This document shows positions 24,888 to 32,726 of a stretch of 35,963 bases of DNA, piece by piece (the stretch's first letter is position 1; each line of letters begins with the position of its first letter). Source of the DNA: Candidatus Dojkabacteria bacterium UBA5209 (GTDB lineage: Bacteria; Patescibacteriota; Dojkabacteria; SC72); assembly GCA_002412645.1 (NCBI GenBank), contig DHVL01000020.1, forward strand, positions 1 to 35,963, written 5' to 3'. The notes below the pieces were generated by a model. It ran no database searches, was not told the DNA's origin, and worked only from the letters and a program-made list of their open reading frames with translations. A program made the position numbers and the translations under genes.

Positions 24888-26447
24888 ATGGTTAATATTG
24901 AGTCTGAAGATATATATACAGGAGAAATACCCCCAAACAAGGAAATTGCTCGTCCTGAATATGATGTAATCGATAAGGTTAAGGATATAATGGATTCTAC
25001 TTGTGACTCTAGACTCACAATAGACATGGTTAGGGATGAGTTTGGTAAAAATTTTGGAGCATTATACCCAGAAGAACAGAAATTCATTGTACACGCACTA
25101 CACTGGTTAATGCCTACAGTAAAATCTAATAAACGAAGAATATGTGAATATAACTCTCTCTCATACATGTCTCATATCTGTGATGAACCTGAATTGGCAT
25201 ATGAATATGCAAAAAAATCTACAGATTTGGTTTTAAATACTCCTATAGATTCAGATCCTACAAAGCAGTATGAATCTTGGGAAGATACTAGAGAAAACAA
25301 TCTCACTCAACATATACTTGCTCTTCAAAATTGTGTCTATACAAACTATGAAGAAGGAGCACATAAAATAGCATCAAAAATATCTTCCAATTTTTTAACA
25401 ACTTTTAAAGCATCTGACATCCCTATTCCCGAAGAACCTGCAAGCTATTACTCAGAAGATAAAACCCCTGCCAAAGTTTGGAGATATCGTTCTTTTCTTT
25501 TTAATAAAGATACGCTAAATCCAGAAATAATTCCTACCTTTGGTGACCAATATACTGTTTATCAAATATTTAAAGCTGTCTTCCCAACTACACAAACTTC
25601 CTATGAATTTACTGATGGTACTAGATATTTTCATATTAAGAAAGAAATAACAGATCTCTCTAGGAAGATATTAATACAAATGGCAAAAGATTTAGATAAA
25701 GAAAATAATTGGTATTTAAGTAAGTTCTTCTGGGAAGGCTCAAATGCATATAGAGAGATGATATTGAATGATAAAGAGATAATGGATTCTCTTTCTGATA
25801 TGAATAAATCTCTACTGTATTCTCTTTCATATTTTAATAAGGAAGATGCAGAATGGAAAGTCCAAGATATTCCAAAGAGTTTGAAACTTGAATACTTAAA
25901 TAAAGCCCTTAAACTTACTAATAATATAAAAGATGATTCTTTTAGGGCAAACACATTACTTTCGCTAGTAGCTCCACTAAAAGAAGAAGATAATATTAAT
26001 TTAATAAAAGAAATATTAGTAGAAACTAAAGAGATATCTGAAAATATATCTAACCCTTATGAGACTTTCCGTATAAAAAGGAAAATCGCACGAGGATGGA
26101 AATATATTGGAGAGATAGAGAAAGCTTCAGAAGTCACAATAGAGATTGTTAGGGATACAATGGAGGGTTTTGATTCTAGTAGATCTCAAGTAAATGCTTT
26201 ATATATTCTCGCGGAGTTCTCAAAGAGAGAGATAGGGAATAAGGAACTAGCATATACTCTTGCTTGGCATGCAGTTCAGATACTTGTATTTGAGAGATTT
26301 CATAAACATCCTGAAATTGATCATACTTTAAAGGACTTCCATTTTTATGAACTTGTTAAGATATTAAGAGGTTCTGAGTACTTCACTAAAGCAAGAGATC
26401 TATTTTATGATTTCTCTCATATGAAATTAAGAAAGGGAGAAGAATAA
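24888..26447 (+). CDS. Hypothetical cytoplasmic protein (519 aa), no recognisable motif
   Basis: Long uninterrupted ORF with coding-like composition and no TM segment or signal peptide. It is predicted helical by eye. The start is uncertain. Confidence 0.6.
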   Translation: MVNIESEDIYTGEIPPNKEIARPEYDVIDKVKDIMDSTCDSRLTIDMVRDEFGKNFGALYPEEQKFIVHALHWLMPTVKSNKRRICEYNSLSYMSHICDEPELAYEYAKKSTDLVLNTPIDSDPTKQYESWEDTRENNLTQHILALQNCVYTNYEEGAHKIASKISSNFLTTFKASDIPIPEEPASYYSEDKTPAKVWRYRSFLFNKDTLNPEIIPTFGDQYTVYQIFKAVFPTTQTSYEFTDGTRYFHIKKEITDLSRKILIQMAKDLDKENNWYLSKFFWEGSNAYREMILNDKEIMDSLSDMNKSLLYSLSYFNKEDAEWKVQDIPKSLKLEYLNKALKLTNNIKDDSFRANTLLSLVAPLKEEDNINLIKEILVETKEISENISNPYETFRIKRKIARGWKYIGEIEKASEVTIEIVRDTMEGFDSSRSQVNALYILAEFSKREIGNKELAYTLAWHAVQILVFERFHKHPEIDHTLKDFHFYELVKILRGSEYFTKARDLFYDFSHMKLRKGEE

Positions 26448-26452
26448 TTGAA

Positions 26453-26480
26453 ATGGGGGTGCAGGGATGGATGTCGAACC
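26453..26480. repeat. Repeat A: degenerate tRNA-3'-end-like sequence
   Basis: ATGGGGGTGCAGGGATGGATGTCGAACC matches repeat B at 23 of 28 positions. On the minus strand it reads GGTTCGACATCCATCCCTGCACCCCCAT, resembling a T-loop, 3' T-stem and 3' acceptor strand. Compare the tRNA-Lys 3' end GGTTCGAATCCCTGTACACCCA. Confidence 0.7.
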
Positions 26481-26482
26481 AA

Positions 26483-26953
26483 TTACTTCTTCTCTCTAAT
26501 CTCCTTGCGGACCTCCATCCATAATTTTCCTAACATGTTTTCTCCTTTTCTATCTTCACCCCAACCCCAATAACTATCTCTCCACGAATCTTCTACTATT
26601 TCCCTATCTCCTGATTGTAATAGTTTCTTCATAACATACTCATGCTGATTTACTTTACATATTAGAATCTCTTTCATAATCTTAAGCTTAATATCATCCC
26701 AATTCTTTTCCCTTTTGCTCCTATTTGCCTCAGCCAATTTAAAAGCCTCATGGGCAGATTTTGCATTCTTTATTTTCTCAGCTAATTCAGAGTCTGTATT
26801 AACAAATTTTGAAGACTGATATGCATGTTCAGATGTAGGATATACTTTCCCTTTGTAATCTACCTGAAAAGAAGCAAAATTATCAAAGACATAGTATTCT
26901 GGAGGATAGAAGAATATTTTACCTTCAATTGATGGCTCTTGTGGATGATACAT
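26483..26953 (-). CDS. NADAR (YbiA/DUF1768-like) domain protein
   Basis: Contains FDNFASFQVDYKGKVYPTSEHAYQSSKF, the KNW...IMKEILICKVNQH helix and EDSWRDSYWGWGEDRKGENMLGKLWMEVR. These match the hallmark EHaYQ..KF and D..WG.G..G.N.LG..L..vR motifs. Confidence 0.8.
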   Translation of the reverse strand: MYHPQEPSIEGKIFFYPPEYYVFDNFASFQVDYKGKVYPTSEHAYQSSKFVNTDSELAEKIKNAKSAHEAFKLAEANRSKREKNWDDIKLKIMKEILICKVNQHEYVMKKLLQSGDREIVEDSWRDSYWGWGEDRKGENMLGKLWMEVRKEIREKK

Positions 26954-27005
26954 TTATTCAAAAATTAAAGTTATTCCTGAATTATATCACTAAGAAGAAA
27001 ACGGT

Positions 27006-27033
27006 ATGGGGGTGCAGAGTAAAATGTCGAACC
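27006..27033. repeat. Repeat B: degenerate tRNA-3'-end-like sequence
   Basis: ATGGGGGTGCAGAGTAAAATGTCGAACC is in the same orientation as repeat A and 553 nt from it. Weaker similarity extends into both flanks: AGAAGAA on the left and CTCT.CAAT.TC on the right. Confidence 0.7.
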
Positions 27034-27134
27034 TACAGAAAATACTCTTCAATATCTCAGATCTATTGTCTTAGTATTACTTTCTATGCGTTTTTGTGTA
27101 TAATATGCCAACCTAATTAAACCCTTTCGGTTTT

Positions 27135-27617
27135 ATGGCAAATAAAAGTTCTGGATTTGGAACTGCCTTATTTATATTTCTTGCACTATTTGGCATTAGC
27201 GCATTATTGGGCGGTATGGTAGAAATTCCCACAAATGACACCCCCTCAGCCATTACTCCTTCAAACATTAACTACGAGAATTCAGAAGAAACAACCCCTT
27301 ATTACGAGCAAATTGTTAACTGTAATTTAGGTATATGTGGAGCTAAAGAACTCACAAGAGACCAATGTTCAACCTATGTATGTTGCAAAGTTGGCTCAAG
27401 TTACTCTGTAGCGTTTAGTCAAACTTCTTGCACTGCACAACAACAAGCTTATATTGAAAGCATAACACCACCTGCCCCTACCTATTATCCTCCTTCTTAC
27501 AATACAACAACCACAACCTGTTGTAAGGTTTGCAATAAGGGAAAAGCGTGTGGAGATAGTTGTATAAATAGAAGCTATACATGCCATCAACCACCTGGAT
27601 GTGCATGTGATGGTTAA
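27135..27617 (+). CDS. Small secreted/anchored Cys-rich protein
   Basis: Has an N-terminal hydrophobic segment (ALFIFLALFGISALLGG). Two Cys-rich blocks follow: CNLGICGAKELTRDQCSTYVCCKVG and CCKVCNKGKACGDSCINRSYTCHQPPGCACDG. Confidence 0.6.
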   Translation: MANKSSGFGTALFIFLALFGISALLGGMVEIPTNDTPSAITPSNINYENSEETTPYYEQIVNCNLGICGAKELTRDQCSTYVCCKVGSSYSVAFSQTSCTAQQQAYIESITPPAPTYYPPSYNTTTTTCCKVCNKGKACGDSCINRSYTCHQPPGCACDG

Positions 27618-27638
27618 TTAATATATAAAATTTATTCA

Positions 27639-28052
27639 ATGACTAACATTGTTTGTCCAAACTGTGAAGAAGAATTTGAAATATATCAGAGAGAAGATAG
27701 TTATATTTGTCCAGAATGTGAGCATGAGTTTGAAGAAGATGAGATAGAAAACAAAAATAGTAGCAGTAATATTTTTGGCCTAATTATATTGCTAGTTATT
27801 GGATACTTTTTGTTTCAATGGCTATCTGGACCCAAATGGACTCTCTTAGTATGTGAGGATTTGTTGAACTCTAATTACAGATATGAATGCCGTGATGTTG
27901 CTCTCTCTTTAGAAGACACTTATAAAGACTTGAATGATTGTCGTGTAGCTGGAGAACGTTATTTAAACTCATATCCTGGTTATGAATGTGGATATAAATG
28001 TAAATATGACACCTCATGGATGGGTTGGGTATGCAAAAGAATCAATGAATAG
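27639..28052 (+). CDS. Zinc-ribbon / single-TM / Cys-containing ectodomain protein
   Basis: The N-terminus has CPNCEEEF...CPECEHEF (CxxC-x17-CxxC by my count). One TM helix follows (IFGLIILLVIGYFLFQWL). The C-terminal domain has six Cys. Confidence 0.55.
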   Translation: MTNIVCPNCEEEFEIYQREDSYICPECEHEFEEDEIENKNSSSNIFGLIILLVIGYFLFQWLSGPKWTLLVCEDLLNSNYRYECRDVALSLEDTYKDLNDCRVAGERYLNSYPGYECGYKCKYDTSWMGWVCKRINE

Positions 28053-28057
28053 TAAAA

Positions 28058-28130
28058 TGGGTGTACAGGGATTCGAACCCTGAACCTAACGGTTAAGAGC
28101 CGTTTGCTCTACCAATTGAGCTATACACCC
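28058..28130 (-). tRNA. tRNA-Lys (anticodon CUU)
   Basis: The minus strand reads GGGTGTA-TA-GCTC-AATTGGTA-GAGC-A-AACGG-CTCTTAA-CCGTT-AGGTT-CAGGG-TTCGAAT-CCCTG-TACACCC-A. This gives a canonical cloverleaf with anticodon loop CT-CTT-AA. No CCA is encoded. Confidence 0.93.
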
Positions 28131-28178
28131 AGGTTCAAACAAAGAATAATACCAGTAGACAAGAGATTTTTCAATACA

Positions 28179-30257
28179 TTACTCTTTTAAAAGAATATCC
28201 CTAGTAATTAATGTCTCCTTTCTAGTAAACACCTCATTACCATCCTCAATGTCCTCTACTACATAATTACGATCCAATATCTCAATATAATATCTACCCT
28301 CACCAACAAAAAACCTGTATCTACCCATAGAATCAGTAACCCTTTTAGCTACAATCTTGTCAAACTCAGCCTCTCTCAAACCAACAGCAACACCCTCCAC
28401 CCTATTCCCCTGCGTATCCTTAACAACACCATAGATATCCCTACTAAAGAATATATTACGAAGAACAAGGAAGAATGTTGGAACAAACAGAAGTAAAACA
28501 ATCAATGAAAGAGAAGTAGGATTACTGTAATAAGTGTAGAAAGCCAAAGTTAAACCAACTAAGAAAAGAAGAATATGTAAAAGATGAACAATGAATTTAG
28601 TTCTAGTCCAAAAAGCCTCTAACCTTACTCTCAACTGAGACTCCTCTAAAGGATCTAAAGGAATAGAGAAATTAATCTCTCTGTTTTCCCCAACCTCAAA
28701 CACCTCACCATGATACACATTTGTAATAGGGGCATCATCCTTACCAAACACAACCTTAGAAGGAAACTCATACCTAGAAGCCCTCACCTCCAACCTGTAT
28801 CTGCCAGACTTTAACCTCGCAGTAAAATACCCATTGCCATCTGTTACATCAGTCCATACCATGTGCTCCTCTTCATCATATATTCTAATAATAGCTTGAG
28901 CAATAGGGGCTTTGCTTACTGAATCATATACATACCCAACAGGCTTTGCTCCCTTTCTAAAGCCAAGTAATGAAAGAAGATTTAAGAATAGCTGAAGGAG
29001 AAAGTAAGGAACTGTTGCAAAAGTACCAGCAGCAACAACAATAGCTGAAGTAGCAGTCACAACAGAAGTAGCAGTAGTTACTCTCTCCAAGTCAGAAGGA
29101 TCTAATTTACCAACAGTATCATCTAAGATAACGGTAATATCATCAATAACCTTCTCAATATCATTTACAACAGGTGGAGGAGGAGTTACAGGAATAGGAG
29201 GTTTCTCCTCTTCTACCTCCTCAAGAGGGATATTTAAAATAATATCGCAGTACCTAATCACATTACCAGCAACATCATCTGCCTCTACACAGAACTTATA
29301 ACTCTCTCTCAAATATATATCAGAAACCTTCTCTAAATCCCCTAACTTAATCTTCACAGTTAACAAATCTCCTTCCAAAGAGTAGTTGTTTGTACAAGTC
29401 TCTAAATCACCTCCAGAACTAAGACAGAAAAACTTAGCCTCATTTAACTGCAAGTTATCTGTCACCCTAATTAAAAAAATTAATTCATAGTTAGGATCCC
29501 ACTCTGTAGTAGTATTCTCACCAATATTACCCATATCCAAAACCTCAATAGAAGGAGCCTGAGCATCTTGAACACTATAAGTAATATTAGACCACGCACT
29601 AAGACCACCATATGGATTCTGAGCCCTTACTCTGTAAAAATACATCTTACCATTCTCTAAATTAGTAAATTCAAAAGAAGTACTAGTCATATACCCAGCC
29701 TCAGCCTTAACACTTCTAAAATCAGAAAACTCACTAACCTGTACATTGTATTTGTAATTAGCACCCAAACTCTCCCACATAACCATATTGGTAAAACCTT
29801 TCGTATATTGAGGCTCAGGAAGCATAGTTGGTACAGGAACAGGAACAACATACAAAGTATTACAATTTTGGATAAAAATATCATACCCAAAAGTAGTATC
29901 CTTAGCACAAACAGTATATGTACCAGGAACAGTAGAAGAAACAGAACCAAAAGCCCTACCAGTAGCATCAGTTAAAGCAAGAGGTTGAACTACATCTAAA
30001 CCAGTACCATATATCACAATCTGCCTACCAGGAATACCTACTCCACTAGGAGAAAGAACCCTTACTTCAACATTACTAGGTTGATATATCTCAACAGTAT
30101 TAGGACTTACAGAAACAGTGGAATATAAATCAACATTAATATATGCACTAACTGTCACAGAATCATTACTAGGATCTAGCTGTGCATAAACAGAAGGTAC
30201 AAAAAGAAATATAGCTAGAAAAACAATCACACTTGTTAAGGCAGTTTTAATTTTCAT
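28179..30257 (-). CDS. Surface protein (692 aa): Big-like plus FN3 plus Ig-like ectodomain with the same C-terminal membrane module as the giant protein
   Basis: Has a signal peptide (FLFVPSVYAQ) and an invasin-type Ig stretch (VEVRVLSPSGVGIPGRQIVIYG...TDATGRAFGSVSSTVPGTYTV). An FN3 domain follows (YKYNVQVSEF...KMYFYRVRAQNPYGGLSAWS), then a PPIPVTPPPP linker. The C-terminal about 300 aa are homologous to residues ~1950-2252 of the 10310..17068 product. Confidence 0.85.
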   Translation of the reverse strand: MKIKTALTSVIVFLAIFLFVPSVYAQLDPSNDSVTVSAYINVDLYSTVSVSPNTVEIYQPSNVEVRVLSPSGVGIPGRQIVIYGTGLDVVQPLALTDATGRAFGSVSSTVPGTYTVCAKDTTFGYDIFIQNCNTLYVVPVPVPTMLPEPQYTKGFTNMVMWESLGANYKYNVQVSEFSDFRSVKAEAGYMTSTSFEFTNLENGKMYFYRVRAQNPYGGLSAWSNITYSVQDAQAPSIEVLDMGNIGENTTTEWDPNYELIFLIRVTDNLQLNEAKFFCLSSGGDLETCTNNYSLEGDLLTVKIKLGDLEKVSDIYLRESYKFCVEADDVAGNVIRYCDIILNIPLEEVEEEKPPIPVTPPPPVVNDIEKVIDDITVILDDTVGKLDPSDLERVTTATSVVTATSAIVVAAGTFATVPYFLLQLFLNLLSLLGFRKGAKPVGYVYDSVSKAPIAQAIIRIYDEEEHMVWTDVTDGNGYFTARLKSGRYRLEVRASRYEFPSKVVFGKDDAPITNVYHGEVFEVGENREINFSIPLDPLEESQLRVRLEAFWTRTKFIVHLLHILLFLVGLTLAFYTYYSNPTSLSLIVLLLFVPTFFLVLRNIFFSRDIYGVVKDTQGNRVEGVAVGLREAEFDKIVAKRVTDSMGRYRFFVGEGRYYIEILDRNYVVEDIEDGNEVFTRKETLITRDILLKE

Positions 30258-30260
30258 CCT

Positions 30261-30875
30261 CTATATCTCCTCAATTACTCTTTTTACATACATATCTAAA
30301 GCCTCTGAAAAAAAATCCTCACGGTATGGATTCTTCCCTAACGCTATACATTTTCCACTACTACTGTAGCAGTTTTTACACAGGAGAGCAAAATGTAAAA
30401 CATCAATATATTCCAATTTACCATCCCCCCCACACTTACTACACTTAGAAAAATCATCTAAAAAACCCATCTCTTTTAAGAAGATAACCCTGAATCTATT
30501 TGTAGCCTCCGTACTAAAATCTTTCTCTAAAACACTCCTTAACATATCAAACACTTTTTCATTAGGATCATACTCAGCAAGAATACGATTAAGCATAACT
30601 AAAACCCTTTTTAGATTCTCTACTCTGTTCTTTAATACATCTGTATTAGGAGCATATACCAAAGAAGACTCAGTCAAAACAGGTAATCCCTTACCCTCAT
30701 AAAAAGAGATTTCACTAATACACAAAGTCTGCATATTCCCCCTGTTCTTACTATTAATCTTCCTAATACCCTTAGCAAACAAAGCAAACTTACCCAACTC
30801 CTTACCAAAAACAGTAAGCACCTTGTCTGCTTCAGAATAGTTAACAGATTTTACAACCACAACCACATCTTTCAT
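30261..30875 (-). CDS. recO: DNA repair protein RecO
   Basis: The N-terminal OB-fold pattern is VVKSVNYSEADKVLTVFGKELGKFALFAKGIRKINSKNRG. The C-terminal zinc motif is CSKCGG...CKNC. Confidence 0.8.
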   Translation of the reverse strand: MKDVVVVVKSVNYSEADKVLTVFGKELGKFALFAKGIRKINSKNRGNMQTLCISEISFYEGKGLPVLTESSLVYAPNTDVLKNRVENLKRVLVMLNRILAEYDPNEKVFDMLRSVLEKDFSTEATNRFRVIFLKEMGFLDDFSKCSKCGGDGKLEYIDVLHFALLCKNCYSSSGKCIALGKNPYREDFFSEALDMYVKRVIEEI

Positions 30876-30946
30876 GGTAGATTACAGGCTACTAAAATAT
30901 TGTTAAGGCAAGGTAATCAAACAGACCTGGGGTAAAATACTTAATT

Positions 30947-31573
30947 TTAAACAGCCCCCTTTCTTGTAAGAACTACCCACGGAGTTTTCAAAAGTATATA
31001 TATATCATTAAGTATACATGGATTAAGAGCATATTGGCTCTCCATTTGTAATCTCTTTCTAAAATGGATCTCATTTCTACCAGATACCTGCCATATACCA
31101 GTTAATCCAGGCTTAACAGTAAAGATATCATTAAAATATCTCTCATCAGTAGGATACTGCTCTAAATGATGCTTAATCTCTTCCTTGTAGTAAGGCCTAG
31201 GACCAACCATACTCATATGACCAAGAATTACATTAATTAACTGAGGAAGCTCATCTAAATCAGTACTACGAAGTATTTTACCAATCCTAGTCACACGAAC
31301 ATCCCCCTTAATCTTGTGATTACCAAGTAAACTCTCCTTTATTTCACCATTACCCATTGCAATCTCATGAGCATTAGGAACCATTGTACGAAATTTGTAC
31401 ATAAAGAAAGACTTACCATCTAACCCATACCTAACAGGAGTACCAACAAACACCTCTCCACCATCAGAAAGCTTAATTACAAGTGCGATAGTCAACATTA
31501 ATGGAGAAGTAATTACCCAAAGAAGAATAGAAAGTAATAAATCAAAAAATCTTTTAACTATTCTGTATAACAT
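30947..31573 (-). CDS. Small monotopic polyprenyl-phosphate sugar-phosphate transferase (bacterial sugar transferase family)
   Basis: Has KRFFDLLLSILLWVITSPLMLTIALVIKL (re-entrant helix), YKFRTM and DELPQLINVILGHMSMVGPRP. Confidence 0.88.
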   Translation of the reverse strand: MLYRIVKRFFDLLLSILLWVITSPLMLTIALVIKLSDGGEVFVGTPVRYGLDGKSFFMYKFRTMVPNAHEIAMGNGEIKESLLGNHKIKGDVRVTRIGKILRSTDLDELPQLINVILGHMSMVGPRPYYKEEIKHHLEQYPTDERYFNDIFTVKPGLTGIWQVSGRNEIHFRKRLQMESQYALNPCILNDIYILLKTPWVVLTRKGAV

Positions 31574-32726
31574 CTTCTACGTATCTCTGAAGTTTGTAAA
31601 TAAAGATCTCTACGGCAAACTCACTAGCCTGTTTCCTACAGTTATCAGCCTTGTACTGCCTACCATCAAAATTCTTAAGTATCTTTGCTAAAGATTTGTA
31701 ATCATACTTTGTAAAAAACTCACCACTCTTAGGATTAATATTAGAAATAGTTTCGATAACACCACCATCTCTATATGCAATAACAGGAGTACCAGCAGCA
31801 TTAGCCTCTACAGGAACAATACCAAAGTCCTCACCCCTAACAGGAAAGATTAAAGCCTTAGCCTTAGAAAGCAACTCTAACTTCTCCTCCTCAGAAACAA
31901 AACCCAAAAATTTTACATATCCCTTAGCATTTAATTCCTTAACTAAATCTTTCATCCTATTCAAATCATCCCCTATACCAGCAATCTTAAGAGGAACCTT
32001 AGCATCATGTGCAGCCCTAATAGCTAGCTCTACACCCTTGTATGTCTCTACCCTACCTAAATACAAAAACCAATTCTCCTTCCTATTTACCTTAGTGACA
32101 TCCTGAATAGCTTTCACCTCAACAGGTGGATATATTACATCACTCTCTCTTTTGTAATACTTCTTAATACGCTTCTGTACAGCTTTAGAGATAGCAATCA
32201 TCCTATCTACCCTCTGAGCAGCAGCTCTATCCCATCCCTTCCAAATATCCTCTAAGAATGTATTCATAAAGAATGAATAGAAATTAAAAAGTACCCTATT
32301 TATCCCCTTCAACTGACTACTCTCTTTCAAAGACCTACCATCTTTCTCCCAGAAAAACTTAGTAGGAGACATACATATATTTACATGAGGAATATTACCC
32401 TTTGTATATTTAGCAAAAGCAATGGATATGGACACTATTGCATCATACCCTTTGTATCTAAAAGAACGATATGCAAGAGGCTGTAAAAGCTGTAAGAAAT
32501 ATCTAAACTTAAACTTACCAGGAATATATTGCATGAAAGAGGTTTTAACCTCTACATTAGGAAAATACTTTTTAACAAACTCCCTATCACAAAATGCAGT
32601 AAAAAGCGTACTATTAGGAAAAGCTCTTAAAATATCTCCCAAATGTTTCTCTGCTCCACCATACTTAAAAAGAGGATCAGCAACCACCGCTATCTTGTAT
32701 CTCTTACTTATATCTTTCTGTGTCAT
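31554..32726 (-). CDS. Glycosyltransferase family 4 (GT-B)
   Basis: Carries the EX7E-region GEDFGIVPVEANAAGTPVIAYRDGGVIETI. It overlaps the downstream gene by 20 nt. Confidence 0.85.
   Translation of the reverse strand: MTQKDISKRYKIAVVADPLFKYGGAEKHLGDILRAFPNSTLFTAFCDREFVKKYFPNVEVKTSFMQYIPGKFKFRYFLQLLQPLAYRSFRYKGYDAIVSISIAFAKYTKGNIPHVNICMSPTKFFWEKDGRSLKESSQLKGINRVLFNFYSFFMNTFLEDIWKGWDRAAAQRVDRMIAISKAVQKRIKKYYKRESDVIYPPVEVKAIQDVTKVNRKENWFLYLGRVETYKGVELAIRAAHDAKVPLKIAGIGDDLNRMKDLVKELNAKGYVKFLGFVSEEEKLELLSKAKALIFPVRGEDFGIVPVEANAAGTPVIAYRDGGVIETISNINPKSGEFFTKYDYKSLAKILKNFDGRQYKADNCRKQASEFAVEIFIYKLQRYVEDVIQNS

Noticed and set aside
24791-25168. 125-aa minus-strand ORF overlapping the start of the 519-aa gene, and a 42-aa minus ORF (MWNGYVVVNDSY...) in the 24620..24790 gap
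   Set aside because: The first is antisense to a much longer ORF. The second is short, has no motifs and has no clear ribosome-binding site.
26453-27075. Repeats A and B as complete tRNA genes, or as starts of paralogous micro-ORFs (MGVQGWMSNQLLLLSNLLADLHP and MGVQSKMSNLQKILFNISDLLS on the plus strand)
   Set aside because: No complementary 5' acceptor strand or D/anticodon arms lie at the required distance, and the 5' T-stem is missing. The peptide similarity is explained by the nucleotide repeat, and copy A runs antisense through the NADAR C-terminus. Coding is possible but unsupported.
26929-27120. ORF 26929..27120 (+, 63 aa)
   Set aside because: It spans repeat B and the probable promoter region of the 27135 gene, overlaps the NADAR start and has no coding-like features.
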